64,000 nucleotides of DNA from an uncultured bacterium (GCA_964410945.1 CAYPJE010000004.1:24240-88239); one strand, 5' to 3'. Shown: positions 9,614 to 19,874, counted from the first letter of the stretch. A program made the numbers and translations. Notes: a model not told the origin generated them from the letters alone.

Positions 9614-10879
9614 TTATCGTTTTCTCCTTTTAACGAACCAGGTATCACCAATTGCTATTTGTATTTCTAATTTTTCCACTGTCTCTGTTTCATCTAAAAC
9701 CGGGCCTCGACGGCTCCCAATCGAGTATGCCAAATTAATAGAATTATTACTGAATCCAAATTTAAAACCGGCCCCCAGTGAAATTCCCGTTTCAATCAAT
9801 TTCTCATCAGCCGGTTTAATCTCCCAACCATCATAATAGACACCGGCGCGCAATTGGATTTTCTGCTTCAGGGCACGGGAAAGCGGTTTTGTAAATTTTA
9901 CAATTCCCAGGTTGAAATGACTGTAATTACCAAAATAATAATCATTAATCGGCTTAAGGAAATCCGGCAATTCACTGGAATTGAACTGAGCCAGGTATTC
10001 GGTGTTCAATTCAACCAGAGAAGCCAGCCGGTAACTGGCACCAATACTTAATTCAAAAGGATGATAGGTATCCTCATAAATTTCAGTTTCTTCCATCTTC
10101 GAACTGCTGATATACGGAAAATCATAGTAATCACTATAATAGCCGCTGCCATCCGAATCTTCATATAAATGGTATTGTACAGATCTGATTTTAAGTGGCT
10201 GTAAGGCAAGCCCCAAACTGAAGTATAAATTCAAAGGACGATTTTGGATCGTATAACGGTGTGAATTCAGGTAATAGTTAACATTCATACCAGTGTATGA
10301 ATCATGTCGGCTATAGTAATAGTTATCATCGTCCAGACTGATAATCGAACTATGCCGTGACGAACCAAACATTACCTCCAGCTGCAGCGCCTGGTGCTCA
10401 TATTCTGTTAGTGGAAAACCAACCGCCGTTTCAATCGAGCTGATTCCCCCGGCACCTTCGATGGAATATTGTGCCGATAATGTATCTTCAAAAAACACAT
10501 AGTCGGCAACGCTGGTCAATAAATTGTAATTATTATTTGTAATTGGCCTGATATTAATTCCCCAGGAATATTTGCCTGCAATGGGAAGGATCAATTGAAG
10601 CGGGCCAATGTCAGCGTAGGAATTGGAACCTGATCCCACATCTACCATTTGACTGGAAAAATTACCACCGAGGATAGCATATCTGCTGTTGTGCCAGGTA
10701 GACGGATTGCTAACGGAAAGTTGCCGGTCAAATGCAGGTACTAAGCCCAACGAACCGGTTCCGGATGACGCCGCATCGCTATAACCGGAATATAACCCAA
10801 GCCCAATCGAATTGTGAATACTTTGCCCGAAGACCAGAGTGCTGACAACTGATATCAGTAATAGTTTACGGAAGTACAT
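9614..10879 (-). CDS. Predicted outer-membrane beta-barrel protein of unknown function
   Basis: 421 aa with signal peptide MYFRKLLLISVVSTLVFGQS. It is rich in Gly, Ser, Tyr and Asn with alternating beta-strand pattern. The C-terminal segment is LEIQIAIGDTWFVKRRKR. It overlaps the upstream lipoprotein gene by 14 nt. Confidence 0.6.
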   Translation of the reverse strand: MYFRKLLLISVVSTLVFGQSIHNSIGLGLYSGYSDAASSGTGSLGLVPAFDRQLSVSNPSTWHNSRYAILGGNFSSQMVDVGSGSNSYADIGPLQLILPIAGKYSWGINIRPITNNNYNLLTSVADYVFFEDTLSAQYSIEGAGGISSIETAVGFPLTEYEHQALQLEVMFGSSRHSSIISLDDDNYYYSRHDSYTGMNVNYYLNSHRYTIQNRPLNLYFSLGLALQPLKIRSVQYHLYEDSDGSGYYSDYYDFPYISSSKMEETEIYEDTYHPFELSIGASYRLASLVELNTEYLAQFNSSELPDFLKPINDYYFGNYSHFNLGIVKFTKPLSRALKQKIQLRAGVYYDGWEIKPADEKLIETGISLGAGFKFGFSNNSINLAYSIGSRRGPVLDETETVEKLEIQIAIGDTWFVKRRKR

Positions 10880-12122
10880 ATATCACCTCCAGACGTGGGC
10901 GTTTTTCTGTAACAGGAGATTTTTCGGAGTGAAAATGATAGGTTTTGAAGGGATTATTACTTGTAGTACTGAACAGTTTCATTCCATAATTACCGGCCTG
11001 TTCCAACACGACGGCCTGCATCATGATTCTGGTTTCCAACTCCACTGTACCGTCAGCTTCAAAATTATCAGGCAGTTCCAATTGAGCTGTGTAAGGATCT
11101 TCTTCACTGCTGAAGTAATGGTAATCACTGTACTCGGTCGTATCGATTGAGTAAATGCCTACGGTGAATCCGGAATCTGCCTCACTGGCTGTATCTTTCC
11201 ACAACACCAGATTGGCAGATTTGATCAATGCCTCCGGAGCAAGGAAAGTACTGTCATAGTCCAGCATCAGAACCGACCTGACGCCTAAGGCGGTCCCTAG
11301 GCTGATTGTTGTCGTATCCACATCTGTAATAGCCGGGGGAATAACCACACTCAGGTCACTTCCGACATAAAATGTATAATCCAATGTATCTATATCGCTT
11401 TCTTCGGAAGCCTGGTATTGAAAAGTTATATCCATATATGGTTGGTAGGAGGATTCCTCGGAGCTGCGAAAAGCCTGCCGACCTTCGGTGGGATTATCAC
11501 GCCAAACGATGAATGTTCGATTGGTTACACCATCGGTTGTTTTTGCAAAATCGGCCAAAATTGTATCCGCTTCAGAGGTCAAGTCGAATTTTAAATAGGG
11601 ATAATATGAGGCCGTATCGCTGGTAAGCCTGGTGGTCGCAATCGGGAATCCCATCCGGCTCTTTATGTAAGCCGTATCCAGGTTTAAATAATTACTTGCC
11701 GATTCATCGAAGACAGAATCCATTTCAGCCACAGGTATATTGGTGATATGATAATCATATAATTGGTCCGGCAGTACCGTATCACGATATGTCAAATACA
11801 GAAACAGACTGTCTATCCCCAGAACTAACGAAGTATCCAGCGATAAAACTGAAATTTCATATCCTGAGGAGTAAAAGCCCATATTCAATAATGTATACGG
11901 GCATTGAAAAGTCGAATCCGTACCAAAATACAAGCTGTTGATTGCTCCCATGGCAGGTGGTATTCGATAAGTGAATGAGTTGATATCTAAAAGCAGGGTG
12001 TCCCCCACCAAGAATTCGATATCAGATATTAAATCGGAAGTTATTGGGTCGTCCATGCAACTAGTAAACAGCAGCAGAAATGACATTAATAGGACAAGTC
12101 CAATCATTTTGGATAAGGCCAT
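10866..12122 (-). CDS. Lipoprotein of unknown function
   Basis: 418 aa. The N-terminus MALSKMIGLVLLMSFLLLFTSCMDD has an FTSC lipobox. It is acidic and Ser/Thr/Tyr-rich. It might belong to the DUF4270 lipoprotein family, which I recall next to short GlgA-like genes in Bacteroidota. That recollection is unverified. Confidence 0.6.
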   Translation of the reverse strand: MALSKMIGLVLLMSFLLLFTSCMDDPITSDLISDIEFLVGDTLLLDINSFTYRIPPAMGAINSLYFGTDSTFQCPYTLLNMGFYSSGYEISVLSLDTSLVLGIDSLFLYLTYRDTVLPDQLYDYHITNIPVAEMDSVFDESASNYLNLDTAYIKSRMGFPIATTRLTSDTASYYPYLKFDLTSEADTILADFAKTTDGVTNRTFIVWRDNPTEGRQAFRSSEESSYQPYMDITFQYQASEESDIDTLDYTFYVGSDLSVVIPPAITDVDTTTISLGTALGVRSVLMLDYDSTFLAPEALIKSANLVLWKDTASEADSGFTVGIYSIDTTEYSDYHYFSSEEDPYTAQLELPDNFEADGTVELETRIMMQAVVLEQAGNYGMKLFSTTSNNPFKTYHFHSEKSPVTEKRPRLEVIYVLP

Positions 12123-12146
12123 AAAGATGTTCCCCGGTTTACGTAT

Positions 12147-12968
12147 TTAAGCGATTTTTTCCAGTGTTTCTTCTAACCAGGCGGCAATATTTGTATGAGC
12201 ATCGGGTGAGTCTTCAAATTTTACCGATGTTATTTTGCTCTTTACGTTCTTTAAACCGGGAAGTTTCGCTAATTCCCCACTGATATTATATTCCTCGCTG
12301 TCAATGGCAATTATACCATCGGCGAATTCAGCGGCAGCTTCATACACATTGATCTCATCCCCTTCAATACTATCCGGTAACTGTAATCCGGATTTTTCGA
12401 AGGTCTGTCGACTGAAAGTGTCATATTCACCCATCGAGTGGACCAGCAGGACTACTTTAATATCCTGGTAAAATTCCTGATCAGCAAACTGCTGTTTATA
12501 GAACATCGGTACTAGAGCAGAATTCCAGTCATTGCAGATAATAATATCCGGTTTCCAGAACAGATGCGGCAAAGTAGCCAAAGTTGCTTTACTGAAGAAT
12601 GCATACCGATCATCATTGTCGCTGTATGGTCGGCCATTCTTCGATTTATAAAGAAGATTGGTCAGTGGTTTGAACCACTCTACATGCTCCAGAAAATACA
12701 CCTGTACCCTGGTCTTCGGGATGAAGGCACTTTTGGCCGACGCATTCTGTTCAGTCCCGTCGAATTCGAAAGGGATTTCACGCAGGCGAATTACTTCTCT
12801 CAATATGTATTTACGTTCACTGACAAATCCGTATTTGGGAATAATAGTACGGATATCGTGTCCGTTTTCCTGCAGAGCCAAAGGAACCTTAGCCGAGAAC
12901 TGTCCCAGATTCGAGGTATTGGCAAAAGGTGTTATTTCTGTTGTTAAATAAAATATTTTATGTGACAT
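12147..12968 (-). CDS. Glycogen/starch-synthase N-terminal-domain-only protein (short GlgA-like)
   Basis: 273 aa. The N-terminus MSHKIFYLTTEITPFANTSNLGQFSAKVPLALQENGHDIRTIIPKYG matches the starch-synthase catalytic domain (Glyco_transf_5) pattern. No C-terminal GT1 domain is encoded. Confidence 0.7.
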   Translation of the reverse strand: MSHKIFYLTTEITPFANTSNLGQFSAKVPLALQENGHDIRTIIPKYGFVSERKYILREVIRLREIPFEFDGTEQNASAKSAFIPKTRVQVYFLEHVEWFKPLTNLLYKSKNGRPYSDNDDRYAFFSKATLATLPHLFWKPDIIICNDWNSALVPMFYKQQFADQEFYQDIKVVLLVHSMGEYDTFSRQTFEKSGLQLPDSIEGDEINVYEAAAEFADGIIAIDSEEYNISGELAKLPGLKNVKSKITSVKFEDSPDAHTNIAAWLEETLEKIA

Positions 12969-12970
12969 AT

Positions 12971-13792
12971 TTATTCCAAATTCAATTTTTTAAGAGCTTC
13001 TTTTGCTTTCTGGTAATATTCGCTATTGGGGAAATAATCCAGCAACCGGGTGTATTCATCGCGCGCTTTTTCAATATTCCCCATACTCTGATAAGCCAGT
13101 CCCAATTTCAGCTGGGCATCATCATCCTTGTCGGTACCAACAAATGAAAATACCTTTTCAAATTCAATAATCGAGCGCTTGAAATTCTTGGAAGAATAAT
13201 AACATTCCGCCAGCCAATATTGACTATTATCCGCTAAATCGTGGGTCGGATCACCGATAACCAATTTTGAAAAACCCTTAATAGCATTTTGAAAATCACC
13301 ATTTTGATAATGTCCGAGATTCTCAAGATACAGTTTTTTGTATTCGACAGCTGAGAGTTTTGTCCCTGTTGGTTGAGAAGGAGATTCTGATTTCAAGTTA
13401 TACATTTCAGTAAAACTATTGGTCAAGGTAACAATTTTGTTTTCAATCATAACCAGTTGTGACAGTATCTCAAAATCAGTGCTGTCAGAGTATTCGGCTT
13501 TATCCTCTAAAATGCTGATCTTGTTTTGAAGCGTATTAATTCGGTTGACCAAAATAATCGCTATCGAATCGGTCTGCTTCTTTGCTCTGACAGTTGCCTC
13601 GAGTGCATTTTTCAACTCCGGTAACAGGATCCTGATCTGTGTTTCCAGTGAATCAACCCTAACCTTCTCACGTTCCAGTTTTGCATTGAGTCGACGTAAT
13701 TCACGCTGTGTATCTGTCTGGGCTGGTAGAACCTCCAAAAGAGCCGTCATAACGATAATCAAAGAAACAAGCTGTAATATAATCCGCTTCAT
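12971..13792 (-). CDS. YbgF/CpoB-like protein (coiled coil plus C-terminal TPR)
   Basis: The ORF extends to 13873. The ATG at 13792 gives the signal/anchor MKRIILQLVSLIIVMTALLEVLPAQ. A long coiled-coil region follows. The C-terminal TPR block is YQNGDFQNAIKGFSKLV...SQYWLAECYYSSKNFKRSIIEFEKV...AQLKLGLAYQSMGNIEKARDEYTRLLDYFPNSEY. Confidence 0.7.
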   Translation of the reverse strand: MKRIILQLVSLIIVMTALLEVLPAQTDTQRELRRLNAKLEREKVRVDSLETQIRILLPELKNALEATVRAKKQTDSIAIILVNRINTLQNKISILEDKAEYSDSTDFEILSQLVMIENKIVTLTNSFTEMYNLKSESPSQPTGTKLSAVEYKKLYLENLGHYQNGDFQNAIKGFSKLVIGDPTHDLADNSQYWLAECYYSSKNFKRSIIEFEKVFSFVGTDKDDDAQLKLGLAYQSMGNIEKARDEYTRLLDYFPNSEYYQKAKEALKKLNLE

Positions 13793-13872
13793 ATTGGATA
13801 CCTTTTTTGTAAAAAATGGTTTTTTTCCTGCTACAAATTTACCCTCACCGTCGGGAAGCAGCAATGTTTTCA

Positions 13873-15099
13873 TTATTCCTTGTAGTTAATCCCCAAATTC
13901 ATGACCAATCCGATCATCATATAACATGATAACAGGAAAGAACCCCCATAGGAAATAAAGGGTAATGGCAGACCTTTTACCGGTATTAATCCGATGGCCA
14001 TTGCCATGTTTACGAAGATATGAGCCAGGAACAAGGTTGTAACACCCACAATCACCAGGCTGGAAAAGCGATTATCCGATTCCTGGGCGGTGTTCAGCAT
14101 TTTAATTAACAACAATGCAAATAACACGATTATTACGAAAATCATAATAAAACCAAATTCTTCACCGATTACCGAAACGATAAAATCTGTTTCCTGCACC
14201 GGAAGATATTTTAATTGTGTTTGTGTCCCCTGGGCCCACCCTTTACCGAAAAAACCACCCGATCCAATCGCCGTTTGACTCTGGATAATCTGGTAACCGG
14301 CGCCCAATGGATCCAGTGATGGATCAAAAACTGTTAAAATTCTTTGCTGCTGATAGGAATGCAATGAATTCCACAACGTTGGTGCCAGCAAGCCTAGAAA
14401 AATATTTCCAAAATATATTGCCACACCGATAATTAGAGTTGGTCTGGAAAGATATAATACCGCCAGCAGCACTACGGCCCAGGCTCCAAAGCTGATACTG
14501 TGGAAAGCGGTAAGTATTGAAAACAAGGGGGCAATCAGAATGAATAAATGATAGGGGCGTATCCCGGACCAGTACATCATGATTATTACCGGGGTTGCCA
14601 TTATTATTGCTGTCCCCAGATCAGGTTGCTGCAACACAATCAATGCCGGAACTGCTGTAATCAGAATCGGTACCACAACAGCCGAAAACCGGTCCAGCTT
14701 CACCTGGGGGTTTGATAAATGCTTCGCCAGTGCCAGTACAATAATAAATTTAGCGATTTCTGAAGGTTGAAAGTTTATTCCTCCAATAGCGATCCAGCGA
14801 TTGGTACCGGCAACCGGTGCCATAAAATATGGAATAATCAGTAATAGAATTATTCCTGCATAGGCAAAATTTGTAAATCGATAGATATTTTTCCTGGTCA
14901 ACGAAAACATTATCAAAAACATGAATATAGAAGGTATTACCCAGATCGACTGCTTAAATACGGATGTTGCAAACAGTCTCAATTCCTGATGATGGGATAC
15001 ACTGCTCAGACTGATCAGTCCGATAATTGTCAATGATACCATATAGACAATAATAATAATCTGCGAGTCTAAAATATTTTTGATGATCCGGTTAAACAT
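13873..15099 (-). CDS. rodA: Rod-shape-determining protein RodA (SEDS family)
   Basis: 408-aa polytopic membrane protein of the FtsW/RodA/SpoVE family. It lies downstream of mrdA in the mre cluster. Confidence 0.9.
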   Translation of the reverse strand: MFNRIIKNILDSQIIIIVYMVSLTIIGLISLSSVSHHQELRLFATSVFKQSIWVIPSIFMFLIMFSLTRKNIYRFTNFAYAGIILLLIIPYFMAPVAGTNRWIAIGGINFQPSEIAKFIIVLALAKHLSNPQVKLDRFSAVVVPILITAVPALIVLQQPDLGTAIIMATPVIIMMYWSGIRPYHLFILIAPLFSILTAFHSISFGAWAVVLLAVLYLSRPTLIIGVAIYFGNIFLGLLAPTLWNSLHSYQQQRILTVFDPSLDPLGAGYQIIQSQTAIGSGGFFGKGWAQGTQTQLKYLPVQETDFIVSVIGEEFGFIMIFVIIVLFALLLIKMLNTAQESDNRFSSLVIVGVTTLFLAHIFVNMAMAIGLIPVKGLPLPFISYGGSFLLSCYMMIGLVMNLGINYKE

Positions 15100-15109
15100 T
15101 TCTGCTGTG

Positions 15110-16876
15110 TCAACTACTTGAGGATTGATATTTCCTGAAGAATTTTCGGTATATTTTACGGGCTATCGGTGCCGCAACATCACCTCCGTGACCGGAATTT
15201 TCCAGGAGAATAGTAACTGTAATTGTTTTCTCCTGACCTTTGGCCCAACCGATGAACCAGGCATGTGGTTCACCATGCGGATTCTCGGCAGTTCCGGTCT
15301 TACCACCAGTATCCACACCTTCAATCTTTGGTTCAGCCAACTTTCCTGTCCCCTCAGACGACTGGGTGACCATACGCATATAATCAAGCAATAACTGCCA
15401 ATATTCATCCTTGAAATTGATTGAATTGTTCTGATCGGAGATCTGGTTTTTCGAGGCAATTTTCAAAGGCGGACTGGTTCCTTTTGTGATTACCTGATTA
15501 ATAAATCTGCACATCTGCAGGGGTGTGACCAGAATATCACCCTGCCCAATCCCGATATTCAACAGGTGTCCCCGGGTCCATTTTTTTTCACCGTATTTCT
15601 TATTCATAAACTCAACGCAAGGAATTACACCGACCGATTCACCGGGCAAATCAATATTCACTTCCATTCCGAATCCGAACTCCTGACAAATAGCAGCCCA
15701 GTCATCCAATTCCATTTTCTGAATCATGTTGTAGAAATACACATTGCAGGATTGCTGGATGGCTTTCCGCAAATTAACTTTCCCATGCCCGGCAGGATTC
15801 CAGCACTCAAAAGTTCTCCGGCCAAGCCGATAATGACCATTACAGGTAATGGTTTGATTAGTATCGACCAGTTCATGCTCCAGCAGGCCAAGCATTACTA
15901 ACGGCTTAAAGGTAGATCCAGGTGGATATTGACCGTTCAGTATCCGGTTATGCAATGGTTTGGTCTGGTCCTCGGCATACTGCTGCCAGCGATCCTGCAA
16001 AGTAAGGCCAGTAAACAGGTCCGGTGGATAATCAGGGGCACTGGCAATCGCCAGGATTTCTCCACTCAGCGGGTCAGACACTATAATGACTCCCCGATAA
16101 CCAACCAGTTCCTGTTCTGCCAATGCTTGAATGTCACTATCAATAAACAGATATAAATCATCGCCCGGAATAGGTTTTACATCCTGTAATTCAATTAATT
16201 GCTCAACTTCCCGGCCATAAGCATCAACCTGCATATAGTTGACACCATCTTTGCCCCTTAAGATCGGTTCGTACATCTTTTCCAGGCCACTCCAGCCTTT
16301 CATATCCCCCAGACGATACTTATCCTTCTGGGTCGATGTCTCCAGAAATTTCCGGTCAACCTCACGAATATACCCCAAAGTATGGCTGAGATGAATATCA
16401 GCCGGATAATACCGCTCCGGGACCTGAATGTAACTGATTCCGGGCAGGTCAGCGGAATGTTCTGCCACACGACTGATCTGCTGAATTGTAAGGTCCTTTA
16501 CCAGGCGAGTCGGAATAAATCGTCCTCGATAGTTTTTCTGGTAATTTGATTCCAACACATCGATTCCGATACCCAAATGTCGATTTATATTATTGAAAGT
16601 ACTTTCCCGGTCCTGTAATTCGATAGGAATTGCAGTTAGTATGTAGGTGGGGTGATTGTCAACCAGGATATATCCCTCGCGATCATAAATAACACCTCGA
16701 GGAGCTTGAATACTATGTGGCCTGATAATATTCGCTTCGGACTTCAAGCGGTATTTTTCATATGACAGAATCTGGAGTTGAAAAAACCGCAGGACTAAAA
16801 TAAATAATACTATCAAAACCATACCACTCAAGACGAAAAACCGTGTTCGTGGTATCAGGTTCTCAGTTTTAAGCAT
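15110..16876 (-). CDS. mrdA: Penicillin-binding protein 2 (transpeptidase)
   Basis: 588 aa with an N-terminal membrane anchor. Motifs STFKP (SxxK), SCN (SxN) and KTGTA (KTG) are present. Confidence 0.92.
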   Translation of the reverse strand: MLKTENLIPRTRFFVLSGMVLIVLFILVLRFFQLQILSYEKYRLKSEANIIRPHSIQAPRGVIYDREGYILVDNHPTYILTAIPIELQDRESTFNNINRHLGIGIDVLESNYQKNYRGRFIPTRLVKDLTIQQISRVAEHSADLPGISYIQVPERYYPADIHLSHTLGYIREVDRKFLETSTQKDKYRLGDMKGWSGLEKMYEPILRGKDGVNYMQVDAYGREVEQLIELQDVKPIPGDDLYLFIDSDIQALAEQELVGYRGVIIVSDPLSGEILAIASAPDYPPDLFTGLTLQDRWQQYAEDQTKPLHNRILNGQYPPGSTFKPLVMLGLLEHELVDTNQTITCNGHYRLGRRTFECWNPAGHGKVNLRKAIQQSCNVYFYNMIQKMELDDWAAICQEFGFGMEVNIDLPGESVGVIPCVEFMNKKYGEKKWTRGHLLNIGIGQGDILVTPLQMCRFINQVITKGTSPPLKIASKNQISDQNNSINFKDEYWQLLLDYMRMVTQSSEGTGKLAEPKIEGVDTGGKTGTAENPHGEPHAWFIGWAKGQEKTITVTILLENSGHGGDVAAPIARKIYRKFFRKYQSSSS

Positions 16877-17352
16877 TATTCTGCTTTACCTAAAGGTAAA
16901 AATAGATTAGTTATTAATATCAGCACTATTCCGTAAACGGCAGTACCTACAATATTGGTCCAATAAGTGGCAGGATTGTGCAGCAACACTTCCTGTTGTG
17001 TTATTATCGATCGGATAAAACTGTTAAGTATGACAAACATTACCCACGTAAAATGAAAAAGAAATGGTGGCCATTTGGAAAAACGTCCATGCAGATTGCC
17101 GGCTAAATAGCTGAAAATAGAATATGTCAGTGAACTTAACCCAAAATACGATCCTACCCCGCTGAAATCTACCAGCAGACCAAAAACAAAACCGACAATG
17201 ACTCCCCAAAACCGTCCTTCCCATACGGCAATATATAATATAAAAATCAGGATAAAGTCCGGCCTGATCAACCTTATGGAAAGTGGATTCGACAAAACAA
17301 ACTGCAGCAGAATAGCTACAGTGGCCATAATAAAATAATTACGGATTTTCAT
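16876..17352 (-). CDS. mreD: Rod-shape-determining protein MreD
   Basis: 158-aa multi-pass membrane protein located between mreC and mrdA. Confidence 0.8.
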   Translation of the reverse strand: MKIRNYFIMATVAILLQFVLSNPLSIRLIRPDFILIFILYIAVWEGRFWGVIVGFVFGLLVDFSGVGSYFGLSSLTYSIFSYLAGNLHGRFSKWPPFLFHFTWVMFVILNSFIRSIITQQEVLLHNPATYWTNIVGTAVYGIVLILITNLFLPLGKAE

Positions 17353-18142
17353 CAGCCTGGTCTATTACAACAAAAACATATTCTAGGGTACTTATCGAAA
17401 AATTGGTTTCCATGGTTAAACGCTTCTGGAAACTTCCCCGCTCATCATAAATTGCCACAACCTCGCCGACCGGAATATTGGGAGGATAAATATCGCTGAA
17501 GCGCGAAGTATACACCTGATCACCGATTTGCACATGGGCATTTTTATTTATTTCACGGATTTCACATTTATTATTCCCTAACCAGCTCATGATCCCTACC
17601 GCACCGGATGGCTCAATTATTACTCCCAATCTGAAATCCGGATCACTCAGCAGCTGAACGACACTTGTCTCCTCACCAACAACAATAGCTTTTCCAACGA
17701 CACCTTCAGCAATGACAACCGGATCATTAATGGCTACACCGTCATTACTACCCACATCAATACTGAATGATGAAAAACTGGTAGTGATTCCCCTTCCCTG
17801 AATCGTGGCCGGAAGAAGATTCAGACGTGTCTTCCGATGAAAATCGAGCAAATTCCGTAAATCCTGATTTTCATACTCCAGATGCAGCACTTCATCCAAT
17901 AACATTTTCAGCTGCATATTGCTATTTCGCAATTCAGCATTTTCATTATTCAAACTACGTTTTGATTCAAACCATATTTTCGGTAAACGGGTAAATGATA
18001 AAGTTGAATTAACCTGCTCGCGCAGCATATAAATTGCTGGTGATTCATCAGAAAATAGAATTAATACGGAGACAGTAAAGGCGAATATAAAAATTACATG
18101 GTCTTTTTGACGAAGTAGGGCGAAATATAAAGACCGCATCAA
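17339..18142 (-). CDS. mreC: Rod-shape-determining protein MreC
   Basis: 267 aa with an N-terminal anchor, a coiled coil and beta-rich C-terminal domains. It lies directly after mreB. Confidence 0.88.
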   Translation of the reverse strand: MMRSLYFALLRQKDHVIFIFAFTVSVLILFSDESPAIYMLREQVNSTLSFTRLPKIWFESKRSLNNENAELRNSNMQLKMLLDEVLHLEYENQDLRNLLDFHRKTRLNLLPATIQGRGITTSFSSFSIDVGSNDGVAINDPVVIAEGVVGKAIVVGEETSVVQLLSDPDFRLGVIIEPSGAVGIMSWLGNNKCEIREINKNAHVQIGDQVYTSRFSDIYPPNIPVGEVVAIYDERGSFQKRLTMETNFSISTLEYVFVVIDQADENP

Positions 18143-18144
18143 TA

Positions 18145-19173
18145 CTACATTAACACAGCTTCGAATTTCTTAACATCTTCAAGAACTAAACCAGTGCCCC
18201 GGACAACAGATAACAGGGGCTCTTCCGCTACATTAACCGGAATACCGGTGCGTTCCCGGATAATCTGATCGATTCCTCTCAGCAGACTGCCGCCACCGGT
18301 CATAATGATTCCCCGGTCAAGAATGTCCGATGCCAACTCCGGCGGGGTTTGCTCCAGTGCCCGTTTTACAGCTTCCACGATGCCATTAATCGGATCTTTC
18401 AGAGCATGACGAATTTCATCGGAAGATACTTCGGCTGTTTTCGGGATACCGGAAACCAAATCACGCCCTTTTACGAAAATCGGCTCAGATTTCATTCGCA
18501 TGGCCGAGCCGACCGTCTTTTTGATTCGTTCGCCTGTAGCCAGTCCGATATCAAGCTTGTGTTCGTTGCGGAACCACTGGACAATGGCATCATCCATTTC
18601 GTCACCGGCGATCCGGATGGTTTCCTTGGTAACAACACCATTCAGAGCAATTACCGCAATTTCAGTTGTACCACCCCCGATATCTACAATTATATTCCCA
18701 ACCGGTTGACTGATATCCAGTCCAATTCCAATAGCGGCCGCCACCGGCTCTTCGATCAAATATACTTCGCGGGCGTTGGAACGATCTCCACTATCCTTGA
18801 CTGCCCGACGCTCGACTTCAGTGACACCAGAGGGCACACAGATAACCATCCGCGGCCGTGCCAGTCGATTCAGATTCATTTTCCGGATGAAGCCCTGCAA
18901 CATTCCATCGGTCATATTGAAATCAGCGATTACACCATCCTGGACCGGACGAATTGTTTCGATTTCACGATGGGTTCGTCCGAGCATGACTTTAGCATCA
19001 TTTCCAACGGCAATAATTTTACCATCATGTACCGAACGGGCAATTATTGACGGTTCATTGATTACTATCCCCCGGCCTTTCAGCCAGATCAGTGTATTGG
19101 CCGTGCCCAGATCAATGGCAACATCGCCTGAAACCCATGAAAGTGTATTTTTTACCGAATCAAATAAGCCCAT
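18145..19173 (-). CDS. mreB: Rod-shape-determining actin homolog MreB
   Basis: 342 aa. Motifs DLGTANT and DIGGGTTE are present. Confidence 0.97.
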   Translation of the reverse strand: MGLFDSVKNTLSWVSGDVAIDLGTANTLIWLKGRGIVINEPSIIARSVHDGKIIAVGNDAKVMLGRTHREIETIRPVQDGVIADFNMTDGMLQGFIRKMNLNRLARPRMVICVPSGVTEVERRAVKDSGDRSNAREVYLIEEPVAAAIGIGLDISQPVGNIIVDIGGGTTEIAVIALNGVVTKETIRIAGDEMDDAIVQWFRNEHKLDIGLATGERIKKTVGSAMRMKSEPIFVKGRDLVSGIPKTAEVSSDEIRHALKDPINGIVEAVKRALEQTPPELASDILDRGIIMTGGGSLLRGIDQIIRERTGIPVNVAEEPLLSVVRGTGLVLEDVKKFEAVLM

Positions 19174-19326
19174 TATAATGCCAAATTAATTGAATATGTT
19201 GTGATTATCGACGGTAAAATTAGTATTTATTGCTTTCATTCCATAAGGGAATAAACACTAATTCAATAATTTTAGTAAACAGTGGTATCGCCTCCCTTAC
19301 AACAATCCTGTTTCGGAATGGAACAG

Positions 19327-19857
19327 TCAGGCCTTGTTAAGCCCCTCCTTGCTTAATTTATCAGCTACGGTATTTTTCTCGCGCCGTACGTGATTGATTT
19401 CCCATGAGCTGAACTTCTCCAATAGCATCTTGACCTTTTTGTGAAGTGGAATCATGCGCTCATTTTTCACTCTATAGACACCATTGATCTGACGAACTAC
19501 CAGTTCGCTGTCCATAAAAATGCTGATTTGGTTAATTTTTCTATTTATTGCCAGGTCCAAACCATAAATCAAGGACTGGTATTCGGCCTGGTTGTTAGTG
19601 GCGTCTGGTAAATATTCAGCAAAACTGAAAACTTCATCTTCTCCACAATACGCAATACCACCGATACCAGCCTTCTTTTTATTCAAATCAGCAGCACCAT
19701 CGACAAATAAACGAATGGAGTCCGAATCATCGATCCTGGATCTCAATTGATTCAGAATGTCCAATTCACGTTTATTCAAATCCAAAGGTATCTTATTGAT
19801 TATCCCTTTATCCAGTATTCTTGATAATAATTCCATTTCCCGGGAATCCAACTTCAT
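19327..19857 (-). CDS. RNase H (type 1, RVT_3-like) with a roughly 50-aa N-terminal helical extension
   Basis: 176 aa. DEDD-type residues appear in FVDGAA, NNQAEYQSL, MDSELV and EKNTVADKLSKEG. Confidence 0.8.
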   Translation of the reverse strand: MKLDSREMELLSRILDKGIINKIPLDLNKRELDILNQLRSRIDDSDSIRLFVDGAADLNKKKAGIGGIAYCGEDEVFSFAEYLPDATNNQAEYQSLIYGLDLAINRKINQISIFMDSELVVRQINGVYRVKNERMIPLHKKVKMLLEKFSSWEINHVRREKNTVADKLSKEGLNKA

Positions 19858-19874
19858 CGTTCCGTATCCTATGT

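Noticed and set aside
18349-19050. A 233-aa plus-strand ORF antisense to mreB. Similar long antisense ORFs occur at 12564-12947, 20314-20778, 30528-30959, 34554-35051, 44608-45120, 47067-47525, 60106-60510 and 63390-63869.
   Set aside because: Each lies entirely inside, and opposite to, a gene with a confident homology-based call (mreB, glgA-like, IDH-like, NYN, marC, crotonase, trkA, gdhA, Nudix/PAS). Their translations are low-complexity or Arg/Ser/Pro-rich and have no recognisable motifs. They look like typical shadow ORFs.
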